Below are positions 16,775 through 25,582 of a stretch of 32,843 nucleotides of DNA, one piece after another. The notes below the pieces were generated by a model. It ran no database searches. It worked only from the letters and a program-made list of their open reading frames with translations, and had not been told where the DNA came from. This DNA comes from a virus (lineage: Duplodnaviria > Caudoviricetes), in the IMG/VR virus record IMGVR_UViG_3300032212_000681, positions 1 to 32,843 of that record. One strand, 5' to 3'. Positions within the stretch are counted from its first letter, which is position 1; every line of letters begins with the position of its first letter. A program made the translations under genes and the position numbers.

Positions 16775-18284
16775 TGCTGTTTCCTCGTTTTGTGTTTTCT
16801 TCATCTTCGATGTTGTCATCGTCTAATTTTTTAATTTCAGGTAGAGGCGTTTCTGTATCTTTGCTTAAACCTCGATCGGTTAGTTGCTTTATCCAGCTTT
16901 CCTCCTGGTCTAAAACATCAATGGGATTAAGCCCACGACGACGTATAATTTCAGGACCCGATGCATGTCGATTTGTTTCTAATATCTCCCACGCTTTTGC
17001 TTCTTTCACTGGATCTATCCAGGGCATTTGTGGCGGAACATAAAGCGCATCATCTATGGTTTGTAAATCAAGATTGTCCGGCACTTTTAATGCGCCAGAG
17101 GCGATCGCGATACGTAGAAAGTTTTCATAAACTGGCTGAACGACCCGACTTGTAAATTCACCCGCTAATATTTGATAGGCACCATACCCTTCGACCAATT
17201 CCTGACGCTGGCTCGAAAAGGTGCCATTGTAGTCTTTTGCTGCACTCGAATAAGTCACACCGCAACCAGATGCAACAGCGCGTAGCTGACCTTTCCTGTG
17301 TGGCTCTAATTGCGGGTTAGGTCGGTTCGTATCAATCGTTCCAATTGATTCACCTTGACGCAAATTATCAAACACCATACCGGGTTGAAATTTCATCTGA
17401 CGCTCATCTACGCTATCATCATCGTCAAATAATTCTGGTGTCCCTTTAACGATAAAAGCCGCCATGCTGGCGGCTACTTTGGCGGCGATTCGCTCGCTTT
17501 CCTCATAATCTTTTAAATCTTCTAATCGCAACATCACCGTTGCAAAAACCGACATGCCTCGCGCCTGATTAATGCGTTTAATTAACTTACAGTGCATCAT
17601 TCTATCGGCTGATACACGCTTGTAATCAGTAATACGAAGCGTTTGTAAATTGATCACTTCATTGGGGTGCTGTTTATACACATAATAAGCAACCGGCTTT
17701 AACCAGCTATTACGCTCAACCCCCTGCATAATGTTATCGATCGTGTAACCAATAGGTACATAATCCGCTTCTAGCATTTCAATTGAGTAAGGCACAATTG
17801 TTCCATGATTCAACGAAGGTACTTTTCCGGCCACATGTTGTGCAAAAACTTCACCATCTCGAAACCAGGACCGCGCCATAATTCGCTGCGCACTGGACCA
17901 GTCATGCTGCCAGGTAACCTCCGGGCGGCGCATCCATTCTGTTTTTAATCGCAAAATATCCCGCGCAAATTCAGTGTGAATCTTACCGTCGATTGTGCGC
18001 GGTTGCGGTTCAACCACAATGCCTTTTGAACCAACTGAATTGGCCACCAACACATCTAATACGCCCGATGCTAAATCATGATTTTCATCCATAAACCGTG
18101 CTTGTTCACGGATAGATCTTCCTGCTGTTTGTAGTGATGTGCTCGGACCGCCTGTTTCTTTATTTCGTTTTCGTAATCGATCAGGCCGTGCAGCTTCGTA
18201 ATAAGATAATGCTTTACGTGACTTTGCACGTACTAGCGCACGTTCTGGGTTATACCAGGCAATAAGTTTATCGAGTGCATTCAT
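16764..18284 (-). CDS. Portal protein, lambda family
   Basis: YEAA, DGEVF, EMLEADY, QARGMS, FSSQRQELVE and WIDPVKEA motifs. Confidence 0.95.
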   Translation of the reverse strand: MNALDKLIAWYNPERALVRAKSRKALSYYEAARPDRLRKRNKETGGPSTSLQTAGRSIREQARFMDENHDLASGVLDVLVANSVGSKGIVVEPQPRTIDGKIHTEFARDILRLKTEWMRRPEVTWQHDWSSAQRIMARSWFRDGEVFAQHVAGKVPSLNHGTIVPYSIEMLEADYVPIGYTIDNIMQGVERNSWLKPVAYYVYKQHPNEVINLQTLRITDYKRVSADRMMHCKLIKRINQARGMSVFATVMLRLEDLKDYEESERIAAKVAASMAAFIVKGTPELFDDDDSVDERQMKFQPGMVFDNLRQGESIGTIDTNRPNPQLEPHRKGQLRAVASGCGVTYSSAAKDYNGTFSSQRQELVEGYGAYQILAGEFTSRVVQPVYENFLRIAIASGALKVPDNLDLQTIDDALYVPPQMPWIDPVKEAKAWEILETNRHASGPEIIRRRGLNPIDVLDQEESWIKQLTDRGLSKDTETPLPEIKKLDDDNIEDEENTKRGNSNAE

Positions 18285-18286
18285 AT

Positions 18287-18496
18287 TTAATTAAAACTCG
18301 CAACAGCGTAACTACTGGAACCCGATTTTTTAGCATTTTCATTATTGACTTCGGCCTGCCAATATTCACGTCCTTTTTGAACCTCTGATAAATCCGCACG
18401 GGTAAAACTATGCCCATTGATCATGTAAGACTGGCCTTTTAAAATCGTGGTTTCAGCGGTGATATAAGCGGTTAACATGTCAGTTGCTGTACTCAT
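18287..18496 (-). CDS. gpW-like head completion protein
   Basis: YITAETTILKGQSYMINGHSFTRADL; between terminase and portal; start 18496 overlaps the terminase stop (ATGA). Confidence 0.8.
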   Translation of the reverse strand: MSTATDMLTAYITAETTILKGQSYMINGHSFTRADLSEVQKGREYWQAEVNNENAKKSGSSSYAVASFN

Positions 18497-20604
18497 TGAA
18501 AACCCCATCCCTCTTTTACATCAAACGGATTCCCCACATTTGAAGCTTGTTTATGTTCAGCCTTTTTAGCTTTCGATTTTTCTTCAACTTTTACATCAAC
18601 TTCACTGTTGTTATCCCACATCTCAGCCCATGCGGGAGGTGATGCCCAGTCGATTTCCTGCAACCGTTTTTCGACCATGTAAGCCCTGGCACAGCCTTTA
18701 GCGTAGTAGTACAAATCAAACGTTTCGTTTCTTGACTTACTTGGATTTTCCCAGCCTTTATCCGTTCTCACTTCTGCGGTTAACTCTTCATAGAATGACA
18801 AACTTAACCAGTCTGGGTAATGCATGTACCGGGGACCCGGTAAATCTCGTTTCATATCCGCTGACACAGAATCTTTTAAAAGTGTTGAATTTAAAATCCA
18901 CACCGGGACATCACCCCGTGCTTGCGAAGTACGGTCTGATCTTTTGGTGTTATCAGGGTAGCTTTTGATAACCATGGGCTTACGGGCTTCAGGTCGCGCA
19001 CGCTCACCTTTAATCAACATAAAACGCTTGTGCAGATTTTTATTTTTTAATTTACGCCAATAGTTATACGCATTATCCGTTACACCAGCTCTACCACCTG
19101 AATCACACCCGGTTACCAGTATTGACATGTTGCGACCTGATCCATCTGACAACGGATAACTCCGCTTAATCACTTTATCTGTTATCAAATCCCAATCTTC
19201 AATGTAGCCTGCCGGATCTAATGGCAAAACCTCACCATCCGCTGTGCGCTTAGAAATGTGAATATCAAACCGATCTATCAGCCAATTTTCAAAACCTTCA
19301 CCAAACGCGATGACCTGACAAACAAATTTAGTAAGCTGCACATCAATCGACGCAACCAGAAATCGTGCGCCTTCTGGTAGCAGACGTTTGGGTAAATCCT
19401 CAGCGCGTTTTTCTATATCCGTTGCTGAAATTTCAGACAATAACCGCCTTGGTAAATAGGGCGCACCCTGGTCGACATTCGTTGTCGCCTTTAATGATTC
19501 CTCTGATCCGGTGATATCAAATTCACGCAAGGCATTTAAATAGTTTTGAACAATACTTGTCCACGACTGGTAAGCCGCTGCAGCACCTGGCATCCAGTAA
19601 GATGCAATGGTGCTTTTACGCGGCTCACCGACCAAGCCATGCGTTTTACCTTCACGTTCTATGCGACATCCCTCTGGCACCCACACACAACCTGAATTCA
19701 TTTGTGCCTTATTTTTTTCATCAATAACTTCACCGCACTCCGTGCAAATCAATCCTACAACTCCGGTGAGGGTTGTATCAGTCACACCAAACAAATCAAC
19801 ATTTTTATTAAATGAAAAAGCCTCAATACCCGGTGCGGGCATGAAATATTCGCCACAACATGCGCAAGGCCAATATAGGCGACGACGATCACCCTGATTA
19901 AACAGTGATAAGATTCCGCGAGTCGGTGGCGCTTCGTGTAACGATGAAGGTTTCCATTTTGGATCCAAAACCTCATGACCCGGTGATGACTCAGCGAGTG
20001 TCATGCCTCGACTTAGATATGTTTGAGTCCGCTTCTTACCCAAAATAAAGGGCGAGCCTTCACGGTCAACATTTTCAGGCATGCGATCATAATCGGTTAA
20101 AGCAACATACTTAAATTCAGAACTGGATAATTGCTTAACCGTTGGCCAACCCAGTTTTAAAACATTGCCGGCCTTATAATATTTTTCAAAAACATTGTCA
20201 TCCTGCTTTTGAGCGCTAAGACGACTACCAATCTCTGGACTATTACGATGCATGCGATTAATACGCAGCTTGGAAAAATCTTTTGCTTTTTCCTGACTGA
20301 TTTGCACCACCAGCATATCCGATGGATCACAGGTCACCATGTAACCAGCGAAACAATCAATCAGGGCCTGGGTTTTTCCAGTTCGTGCGGGACCTGCAAA
20401 AATCACCGCCTCAAATAAGCGACTGGTGAGCATATCCATTGGCTCAATCATGTATGGTGTTAATGAACCATCCCAAGGGGCTGATCCACCACCGCCCGAC
20501 TGCACACGCACAAATTTTGAGGCCGCCTGGTTCACCGGCATGCGCACGGGTGGTCGCGCTAATACTGACACTTCACGACGGACATCAGCTGCAGAGGCGT
20601 ACAT
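18493..20604 (-). CDS. Terminase large subunit, GpA family
   Basis: TPYMIEPM, Walker A PARTGKT, VALTDYDR, ESSPG, Cys knuckle (CACC...CTEC), nuclease IDVQ, DSGG and RNETFDL. Confidence 0.96.
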   Translation of the reverse strand: MYASAADVRREVSVLARPPVRMPVNQAASKFVRVQSGGGGSAPWDGSLTPYMIEPMDMLTSRLFEAVIFAGPARTGKTQALIDCFAGYMVTCDPSDMLVVQISQEKAKDFSKLRINRMHRNSPEIGSRLSAQKQDDNVFEKYYKAGNVLKLGWPTVKQLSSSEFKYVALTDYDRMPENVDREGSPFILGKKRTQTYLSRGMTLAESSPGHEVLDPKWKPSSLHEAPPTRGILSLFNQGDRRRLYWPCACCGEYFMPAPGIEAFSFNKNVDLFGVTDTTLTGVVGLICTECGEVIDEKNKAQMNSGCVWVPEGCRIEREGKTHGLVGEPRKSTIASYWMPGAAAAYQSWTSIVQNYLNALREFDITGSEESLKATTNVDQGAPYLPRRLLSEISATDIEKRAEDLPKRLLPEGARFLVASIDVQLTKFVCQVIAFGEGFENWLIDRFDIHISKRTADGEVLPLDPAGYIEDWDLITDKVIKRSYPLSDGSGRNMSILVTGCDSGGRAGVTDNAYNYWRKLKNKNLHKRFMLIKGERARPEARKPMVIKSYPDNTKRSDRTSQARGDVPVWILNSTLLKDSVSADMKRDLPGPRYMHYPDWLSLSFYEELTAEVRTDKGWENPSKSRNETFDLYYYAKGCARAYMVEKRLQEIDWASPPAWAEMWDNNSEVDVKVEEKSKAKKAEHKQASNVGNPFDVKEGWGFQ

Positions 20605-21092
20605 TATTTTTCTAACTCGATAGCCAGAAGTTCACGAACCTGATCACATTCACGCTCAATAACCTGAATCACATCTGGGGGAAGCTGGCATTTCATCTCT
20701 AGGATATCAGGCAACGTTTCAATCGTTCGCACACAGGTTTTTACGACACTGGCAATTTCAGTGGAAACTTCTTGCTCGGGTATTAATGTCTTCGCCTCGC
20801 GTTCAAATTTATTTTTTTCGTTATTTCCTTTGTACCAATCTAATCTATCTTTGGGTGGTAATTTTTCAGGATCACGTATCTCATTAAACGGGACTTGATC
20901 AGATTGCAATATAGCCCGTGCTGCATCCGCAATATGATAGACATCATGTCCCGATTTCTTACGATCGGAGGTGATGCCCGCTGCATCTAACCGCTTACCG
21001 ATAGTTTCTCGGGCAGGCCCAAAGGCTTTAGATAGCTGACTTAAAGACCAATAAAAAGGGTCTTTTATATCAACAACTTGTGAGCCTTCCAT
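20604..21092 (-). CDS. Terminase small subunit (DUF1441/Nu1-like)
   Basis: N-terminal winged HTH; DPEKLPPKDRLDWYK and IETLPDILE motifs; coupled to the large subunit. Confidence 0.85.
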   Translation of the reverse strand: MEGSQVVDIKDPFYWSLSQLSKAFGPARETIGKRLDAAGITSDRKKSGHDVYHIADAARAILQSDQVPFNEIRDPEKLPPKDRLDWYKGNNEKNKFEREAKTLIPEQEVSTEIASVVKTCVRTIETLPDILEMKCQLPPDVIQVIERECDQVRELLAIELEK

Positions 21093-21151
21093 AAATCAAA
21101 CCTATAAATAACACCCATGCTGCCGAGACTATACAATGCCAAAAAACTCTT

Positions 21152-21205
21152 AAAAACCGGGGTGCGAATTACCCCCGGAGACCACAGGCCTCAGGAGTAC
21201 CTTTT
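21152..21205 (-). other. Putative cos (packaging) region
   Basis: GC-rich non-coding AAAAGGTACTCCTGAGG...GGGGGTAATTCGCACCCCGG in the 124-nt gap upstream of the small terminase; GGTACTC resembles lambda cosQ (GGGTCCT); GpA-type terminases use cos ends. Confidence 0.5.
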
Positions 21206-21216
21206 TAAATGTTTCA

Positions 21217-21810
21217 TTAAAATGCCGATGCTAACGCAGCACCTAAACGCTTACTAAAGTGCTTATTGAATTTATTTTTAACCACACCTTGCACGACCTT
21301 ATGAAACTCAAAGCGTTTTGAGTATTCAACTTTATCTTCAAAAGCAACAACAAGTTTTAATTGTTTGCCCCCACGACCAACGCGCTCCCATACACCGCTA
21401 ATTCCTTTGATCGTGGCAATGAATTGTTTTTTCTTTTTAACTAACCCTTTGCGACGCCCAGGTATATTACCGTGCTTGTTTAGTCTTGCATTTACAGGGA
21501 CACCAATCTGTTTGTTTGATGCTCTACGTATACCGCCTTGTATCTGATACTTTAAATACTTCCATGCCCAATCAACAATAAACACTTCGCTCACCAGGTT
21601 GTTTTTAGATGATCGCTTAACCTTAAATGCATTTAATGTTTGCTTAGTGGGTCTATCCAGCTTTTTAACTGCCTGTGCTTTTAATGCCTTTTGAGAATCG
21701 ATCGCGAGATCATTAAGCGTTTGACTGGCAGCAAAAGGGATTTGTTTATGCTGAACCTTACTCAGGTTTTTGATAGCCCTGTCTATGTCTGATGTAATAC
21801 TAATTTGCAT
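21217..21810 (-). CDS. Basic phage protein, possibly gpZ-like tail completion protein
   Basis: Very Lys/Arg-rich; KQIPFAASQTLN, LDRPTKQT and YLKYQIQGG.R motifs; between lysis genes and terminase. Confidence 0.55.
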   Translation of the reverse strand: MQISITSDIDRAIKNLSKVQHKQIPFAASQTLNDLAIDSQKALKAQAVKKLDRPTKQTLNAFKVKRSSKNNLVSEVFIVDWAWKYLKYQIQGGIRRASNKQIGVPVNARLNKHGNIPGRRKGLVKKKKQFIATIKGISGVWERVGRGGKQLKLVVAFEDKVEYSKRFEFHKVVQGVVKNKFNKHFSKRLGAALASAF

Positions 21811-21840
21811 TATTAACCACGACCAATAAAAACGATAACG

Positions 21841-22098
21841 CTAACCTTTCTGATTTTTGTATAGGTCAATGATTAAGCTCTGAGTTTTTTCATGACCTTG
21901 TTTCATTTCCGTCCTAATACTTTCAATTGTCTTGTTGTATTCATCTTTATCAACTGCAATTGATTCCAGCTTATCCACTCGGGTCATTAATCGCCTGCCT
22001 ATAAAAGAAAGCAATCCGATAAACCCCGCAACCAGAAAGCCAACTACTTTTGATGTTGATACTGGATCAGATACCGGATCGTTCATCGATTTACCCAT
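21841..22098 (-). CDS. Single-TM coiled-coil protein of the lysis cassette
   Basis: TM VVGFLVAGFIGLLSFIG followed by a charged coiled coil; start may be 22086. Confidence 0.6.
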   Translation of the reverse strand: MGKSMNDPVSDPVSTSKVVGFLVAGFIGLLSFIGRRLMTRVDKLESIAVDKDEYNKTIESIRTEMKQGHEKTQSLIIDLYKNQKG

Positions 22099-22113
22099 AA
22101 TTAATAAAATATT

Positions 22114-22323
22114 TTATTCAGATAATTGTTGCTCTAACTCATCCAGATTTGCGTCCACTTGATCACGCATCTCTTTTAAATCTTGAGCACCAAATTCACG
22201 CCCCTCAATTTCAGCTTGTTTTTGACGATCAACCAGATCCTGCATAGACAAGCCTACATTCGCCGCTAACTGTGTTAATTCAATAAACAGACTTAACGCT
22301 TTAACTGCACTCGCTGAACTCAT
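22114..22323 (-). CDS. Small amphipathic helical protein of the lysis cassette
   Basis: Start overlaps the upstream stop (ATGA) with a GGAG RBS; 69 aa, acidic C-terminus. Confidence 0.6.
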   Translation of the reverse strand: MSSASAVKALSLFIELTQLAANVGLSMQDLVDRQKQAEIEGREFGAQDLKEMRDQVDANLDELEQQLSE

Positions 22324-22880
22324 TTCGCGCGCTCCTTTATGCGTTGCTCAAGCACCAATAGCAACCGGTTAACTACTAACAAACCCTGTACACCATCCTC
22401 GGGCCTGCCCTCAACTATTAAATCTTCTGCAATCTGTGCGTCACGTCGCGCCTCACGCAAATCAGCCAGGATCTTTTTACCCTGATCCTTGGATATACGT
22501 TTTTCCGCATAAGCCTTTTGCGTTGTGCTTGTTAGCGCATTTATCGTCGCATATGCGACCGCTACCTGATCTTCCGGGGTTTGTATTCGGGGTTGCGCAA
22601 CACAGCCCTGAAGACCGACGACTAATATCACTGCGAACACAGGAATTAACGCATTCAGTGTATTGGGTGATGGATTTTTACCATTGAACATGGAAGAACT
22701 GGTAAACGCACGTAACACACCCATAACCAGGCCATACAATGTCATGCCGCTACCGATAACGATTTCTAAATTCTCAGCAATGGCCGCCATAGTTTGCGCA
22801 TCCAATGTGATACCCAGCATAGTAGCCAGGCCCATGATCACACTGATAGCCGCCGTGATAATTGTTTTATAACCTTTCAT
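22320..22880 (-). CDS. Holin-like N-terminus fused to a lipoprotein (spanin-like) domain
   Basis: Two TM segments (about aa 5-25 and 39-59), a third hydrophobic stretch ending in lipobox LQGC (Cys93), then a helical domain; follows the endolysin. Confidence 0.6.
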   Translation of the reverse strand: MKGYKTIITAAISVIMGLATMLGITLDAQTMAAIAENLEIVIGSGMTLYGLVMGVLRAFTSSSMFNGKNPSPNTLNALIPVFAVILVVGLQGCVAQPRIQTPEDQVAVAYATINALTSTTQKAYAEKRISKDQGKKILADLREARRDAQIAEDLIVEGRPEDGVQGLLVVNRLLLVLEQRIKERAK

Positions 22881-22889
22881 ATTCTTTAC

Positions 22890-23285
22890 CTATTCAACTA
22901 GTTCAAAATGAACCAGGTCCATAAATTTCTGATCGTCTAAATTATCATCAGAATCCCAATCCCCGCCCCAACGAATTTTTATACCGAGTGATTCCGCTGT
23001 CGCCTGGACAATACCGCCAAACCAATAAAAACGTTTTTCATTATTCCAATCAATCGGATAAGGAGCCACATCAATACCGTGTGACCACCCGTCATGTTGT
23101 TTTAAGTGTTTGCTTTTTAAAGTTTTTGACGCCCCAACATCAAACAGTCTGCGCTGTTCTTCTTTCGTTCTTACCCCGTAAATAACCGAACAATCATGCT
23201 TAAAAACAATCGTTTCAAATAAACGCTGCAATTCAGGATGACAGGTGTACAACCTTATGCGTGATGTTTGACCGAATCGGGGCAT
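22890..23285 (-). CDS. Endolysin, M15-family L-Ala-D-Glu peptidase (T5-like)
   Basis: GVRTKEEQ, SKH...IDVAPY, IRWGGDWD and DLVHFEL zinc-peptidase motifs. Confidence 0.92.
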   Translation of the reverse strand: MPRFGQTSRIRLYTCHPELQRLFETIVFKHDCSVIYGVRTKEEQRRLFDVGASKTLKSKHLKQHDGWSHGIDVAPYPIDWNNEKRFYWFGGIVQATAESLGIKIRWGGDWDSDDNLDDQKFMDLVHFELVE

Positions 23286-23296
23286 TTATATTTCCC

Positions 23297-23326
23297 AAAA
23301 AAAAGCCCGGCTAAAGAGCCAGGCTT
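23297..23326 (-). terminator. Intrinsic terminator 2 in the late leader
   Basis: Minus strand AAGCCTGGCT-CTTT-AGCCGGGC-T8. Confidence 0.8.
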
Positions 23327-23361
23327 AATACGTTTTCAAAAATGGAGTCTAAACTCACTGC

Positions 23362-23394
23362 AAAAAAAAAGCCCTGCAGGGGTGCAAGGCTTTT
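23362..23394 (-). terminator. Intrinsic terminator tR'-like
   Basis: Minus strand AAAAGCCTTGCA-CCCC-TGCAGGGC-T9. Confidence 0.8.
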
Positions 23395-23408
23395 CTTAAG
23401 TGGCAATG

Positions 23409-23455
23409 ATTCTAGATTGACTGATAATTTACACTTTCTGTGCGCACACCGTCAA
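23409..23455 (-). promoter_or_regulatory. Late promoter PR' with a downstream -10-like pause element
   Basis: Minus strand TTGACG-N18-TAAATT overlapping the Q stop, then TAGAAT at 23414-23409; followed by two terminators. Confidence 0.65.
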
Positions 23456-23844
23456 GCACTTATTTTAAATAAATTAAAATTTCTTTCTGCTAGTAGGTAT
23501 GCGTGCACAAACGTTTCCCCGCTTGATTTAGCATCTCGATACCTTGAATGGGATATTTTTAACCTATCAGCACCCTCTCGTGTACTGTTGTTAAAATAGT
23601 AATCTTGCTGAATAACTTTAAAGACAAGCGGAATTTCTCGCTTCATATGCACCAGAATTTCTTCTATGACTTCAGCCCCTTCATCATCATAATCAAAATC
23701 CTTACCCCCCATGACAACAACAAAATTTGCATGAGTCGATAGATTTAGGTTAACCCCACTGGCTGCACGCAACCATGCCCCCCAGGCATTTAATTGATCG
23801 CGCACATCTGCTAACTCATCACGCTGCTTTTTTATTGTCGTCAC
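23452..23844 (-). CDS. Late antitermination protein Q-like
   Basis: LNAWGAWLR N-terminal motif and C-terminal HTH (YYFNNSTREGADRLKIS); last early gene before PR' and lysis. GTG 23844 chosen; ORF open from 23925. Confidence 0.75.
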   Translation of the reverse strand: MTTIKKQRDELADVRDQLNAWGAWLRAASGVNLNLSTHANFVVVMGGKDFDYDDEGAEVIEEILVHMKREIPLVFKVIQQDYYFNNSTREGADRLKISHSRYRDAKSSGETFVHAYLLAERNFNLFKISA

Positions 23845-24046
23845 TTTCAGCCCCTTCATCAAATTGCCATTGAGAACAGTAAACAGGACGCGGATAATTT
23901 CCCGCAATGCTACACGCCAGACCACCTATCGCCATCGCGCGTAAATCGCGCTTACAACAAACACGGCACCCCTTCGATCGCTTAATATCAAACATTTGCT
24001 GATGCTCCAATATCTTTTCCGGATTACACGAATACAAGTAACTCAT
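23819..24046 (-). CDS. Small Cys-rich hypothetical protein
   Basis: CRVCCKR...CS...YCSQW possible metal-binding motif; abuts neighbouring genes. Confidence 0.6.
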   Translation of the reverse strand: MSYLYSCNPEKILEHQQMFDIKRSKGCRVCCKRDLRAMAIGGLACSIAGNYPRPVYCSQWQFDEGAESDDNKKAA

Positions 24047-24241
24047 TTAGCCCGCCTTTTGATGATTAATTTGATAATGTTCATTACAGCAATTTTCTGC
24101 AGCCTGTTTTTTTTCTTCATCACTGCCTTCTCTGAAATAACCAATAGCCTGTTTCTGATACCAGGCAACATAAACCTTATTTTCATCTATGCCACACCAG
24201 CAAACGGTATACTTGCCTCTGGGCTCGTAATACTCAGGCAT
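24047..24241 (-). CDS. Hypothetical nin-region protein
   Basis: 64 aa, coupled to the P-like stop (TAATG). Confidence 0.6.
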   Translation of the reverse strand: MPEYYEPRGKYTVCWCGIDENKVYVAWYQKQAIGYFREGSDEEKKQAAENCCNEHYQINHQKAG

Positions 24242-24666
24242 TAACGCAATAGCTCTTTTAATTTTTCACGATGACTTTGCGCAAACGCTTTTGATGATTT
24301 CTTCTGGGGCAGAGCAATGTACTCTTTGTGACAAACAGAACCAGAAGGCAATAGCAACATGAACTCCGTCAGACTAGGTGGCTTAGAAAATCGTTTTTTA
24401 CATTGCTCAATTGCCATGGCTATATCATTTCCACTGAATTTATTTATATCACTAGCCCACTCAAATTTAGCAGCCTGAAGCATATCTGCAGACTGAAACC
24501 GACTGGACCACAAATGCCCGTAAATACTTGAAAATCGAACAAACAATTGATTTACAAACTTCATATCAACCTCAACTTTCGATGAAACTGACTCCGCTGA
24601 AGGCGTCTTTACACCCTTCTGCAATGAGTGCTGCACCTGATCGGTTAACGCCGCCACTGTTTTCAT
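24241..24666 (-). CDS. Replication protein P-like (helicase loader)
   Basis: VNQLFVRFSSIYGHLW...EWA...KPPSLTEF pattern; overlaps the O-like C-terminus; ATG 24666 preceded by GAGG. Confidence 0.7.
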   Translation of the reverse strand: MKTVAALTDQVQHSLQKGVKTPSAESVSSKVEVDMKFVNQLFVRFSSIYGHLWSSRFQSADMLQAAKFEWASDINKFSGNDIAMAIEQCKKRFSKPPSLTEFMLLLPSGSVCHKEYIALPQKKSSKAFAQSHREKLKELLR

Positions 24667-25582
24667 TTCCTCTGCCCTCATTTTTCTGTTTAGCCCGCAA
24701 TTGATCGTATTGTTTCCTGAACTTGTCCAGACACTGGATGTTTGATTTCCAAAAAGTGTTTTTACTAACCCAAACAAACAGCTCACCCATATCGCGCAGT
24801 TGTCGACTATCCCGCTCACGCATTAAGCGAACCGTATTCGCCCATGATTTCAAATTAGGCTGCTTAAAATCGGGAAGATCATCTAAAATCTTTTTCAAAA
24901 ACCAGTTTGCAAACCGCATATCCTCGTCTGAGTAATTATATTTAGATTTCGATTTTTTTTTATCTGGGGGTTTATCCGAATTCTCGGACGTAGTGTTTAA
25001 TGTATCTGTATCTGTATCTGTATAGCGTGACGGAGCGTGACACTCTGTGACATTCTGTGACGGAGCGTGACATTCTGTGACATTCTGTGACGGAGCGTGA
25101 CACTCTGTGACATCCTGTGACGGAGCGTGACATTCTGTGACATTCTGTGACGGAGCGTGACACTCTGTGACATCCTGTGACGGAGCGTGACATTCTGTGA
25201 CAGACTCAACCCCCTGCTGCTTCTCTCGCTGCTGTTTTTTTCTTATCCGATTTTGCTCTCTAACCGTATCAGCATCCGCCATGTGCTTGTATTTATTATG
25301 ATTTACGATATACCAACCCCATGGCCTGTGATCGTCAATTAACGCAATACGTCGCCCATCTTCATTATTCGTGCGTGAATACGGATCCGTGTTTTCAAGA
25401 ATTTCTATGCCGGCCTTAATATGTTCTATCGGCACACCTGTTCGCCTGGATATCGCTGAGGGCGTCATATCAACAAAACCATCCGCATCGCATAAAACAA
25501 TAAATTGCTGAAAGGTAATTAGCGCCCGCCAATCATCCGCCAGCGTACCGTCGTACATTGAATCAAATATTTTTCCGTACAT
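24572..25582 (-). CDS. Replication initiator, O-like, containing the origin
   Basis: N-terminal HTH-like domain, internal VTECHAPSQ(D/N) repeats, DTDTDT linker, C-terminal WANTVRLMRERD...FWKSNIQCLDKFRKQYDQL. Confidence 0.85.
   Translation of the reverse strand: MYGKIFDSMYDGTLADDWRALITFQQFIVLCDADGFVDMTPSAISRRTGVPIEHIKAGIEILENTDPYSRTNNEDGRRIALIDDHRPWGWYIVNHNKYKHMADADTVREQNRIRKKQQREKQQGVESVTECHAPSQDVTECHAPSQNVTECHAPSQDVTECHAPSQNVTECHAPSQNVTECHAPSRYTDTDTDTLNTTSENSDKPPDKKKSKSKYNYSDEDMRFANWFLKKILDDLPDFKQPNLKSWANTVRLMRERDSRQLRDMGELFVWVSKNTFWKSNIQCLDKFRKQYDQLRAKQKNEGRGNENSGGVNRSGAALIAEGCKDAFSGVSFIES
25027..25201. repeat. Iteron-like tandem array (putative replication origin)
   Basis: 18 GTGAC cores at an exact 10-bp period with a 30-bp higher-order unit; next to (TGTATC)n at 25001-25023 and an AT-rich tract near 24930-24962. 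Confidence 0.88.

Noticed and set aside
2569-23599. Many short plus-strand ORFs in the late region (all except 7064-7348)
   Set aside because: They are antisense shadows of well-supported structural genes or regulatory DNA, with no RBS or motifs.
24972-25209. Two repetitive 70-73 aa ORFs in alternative frames
   Set aside because: By-products of the stop-free tandem array within the O-like gene.
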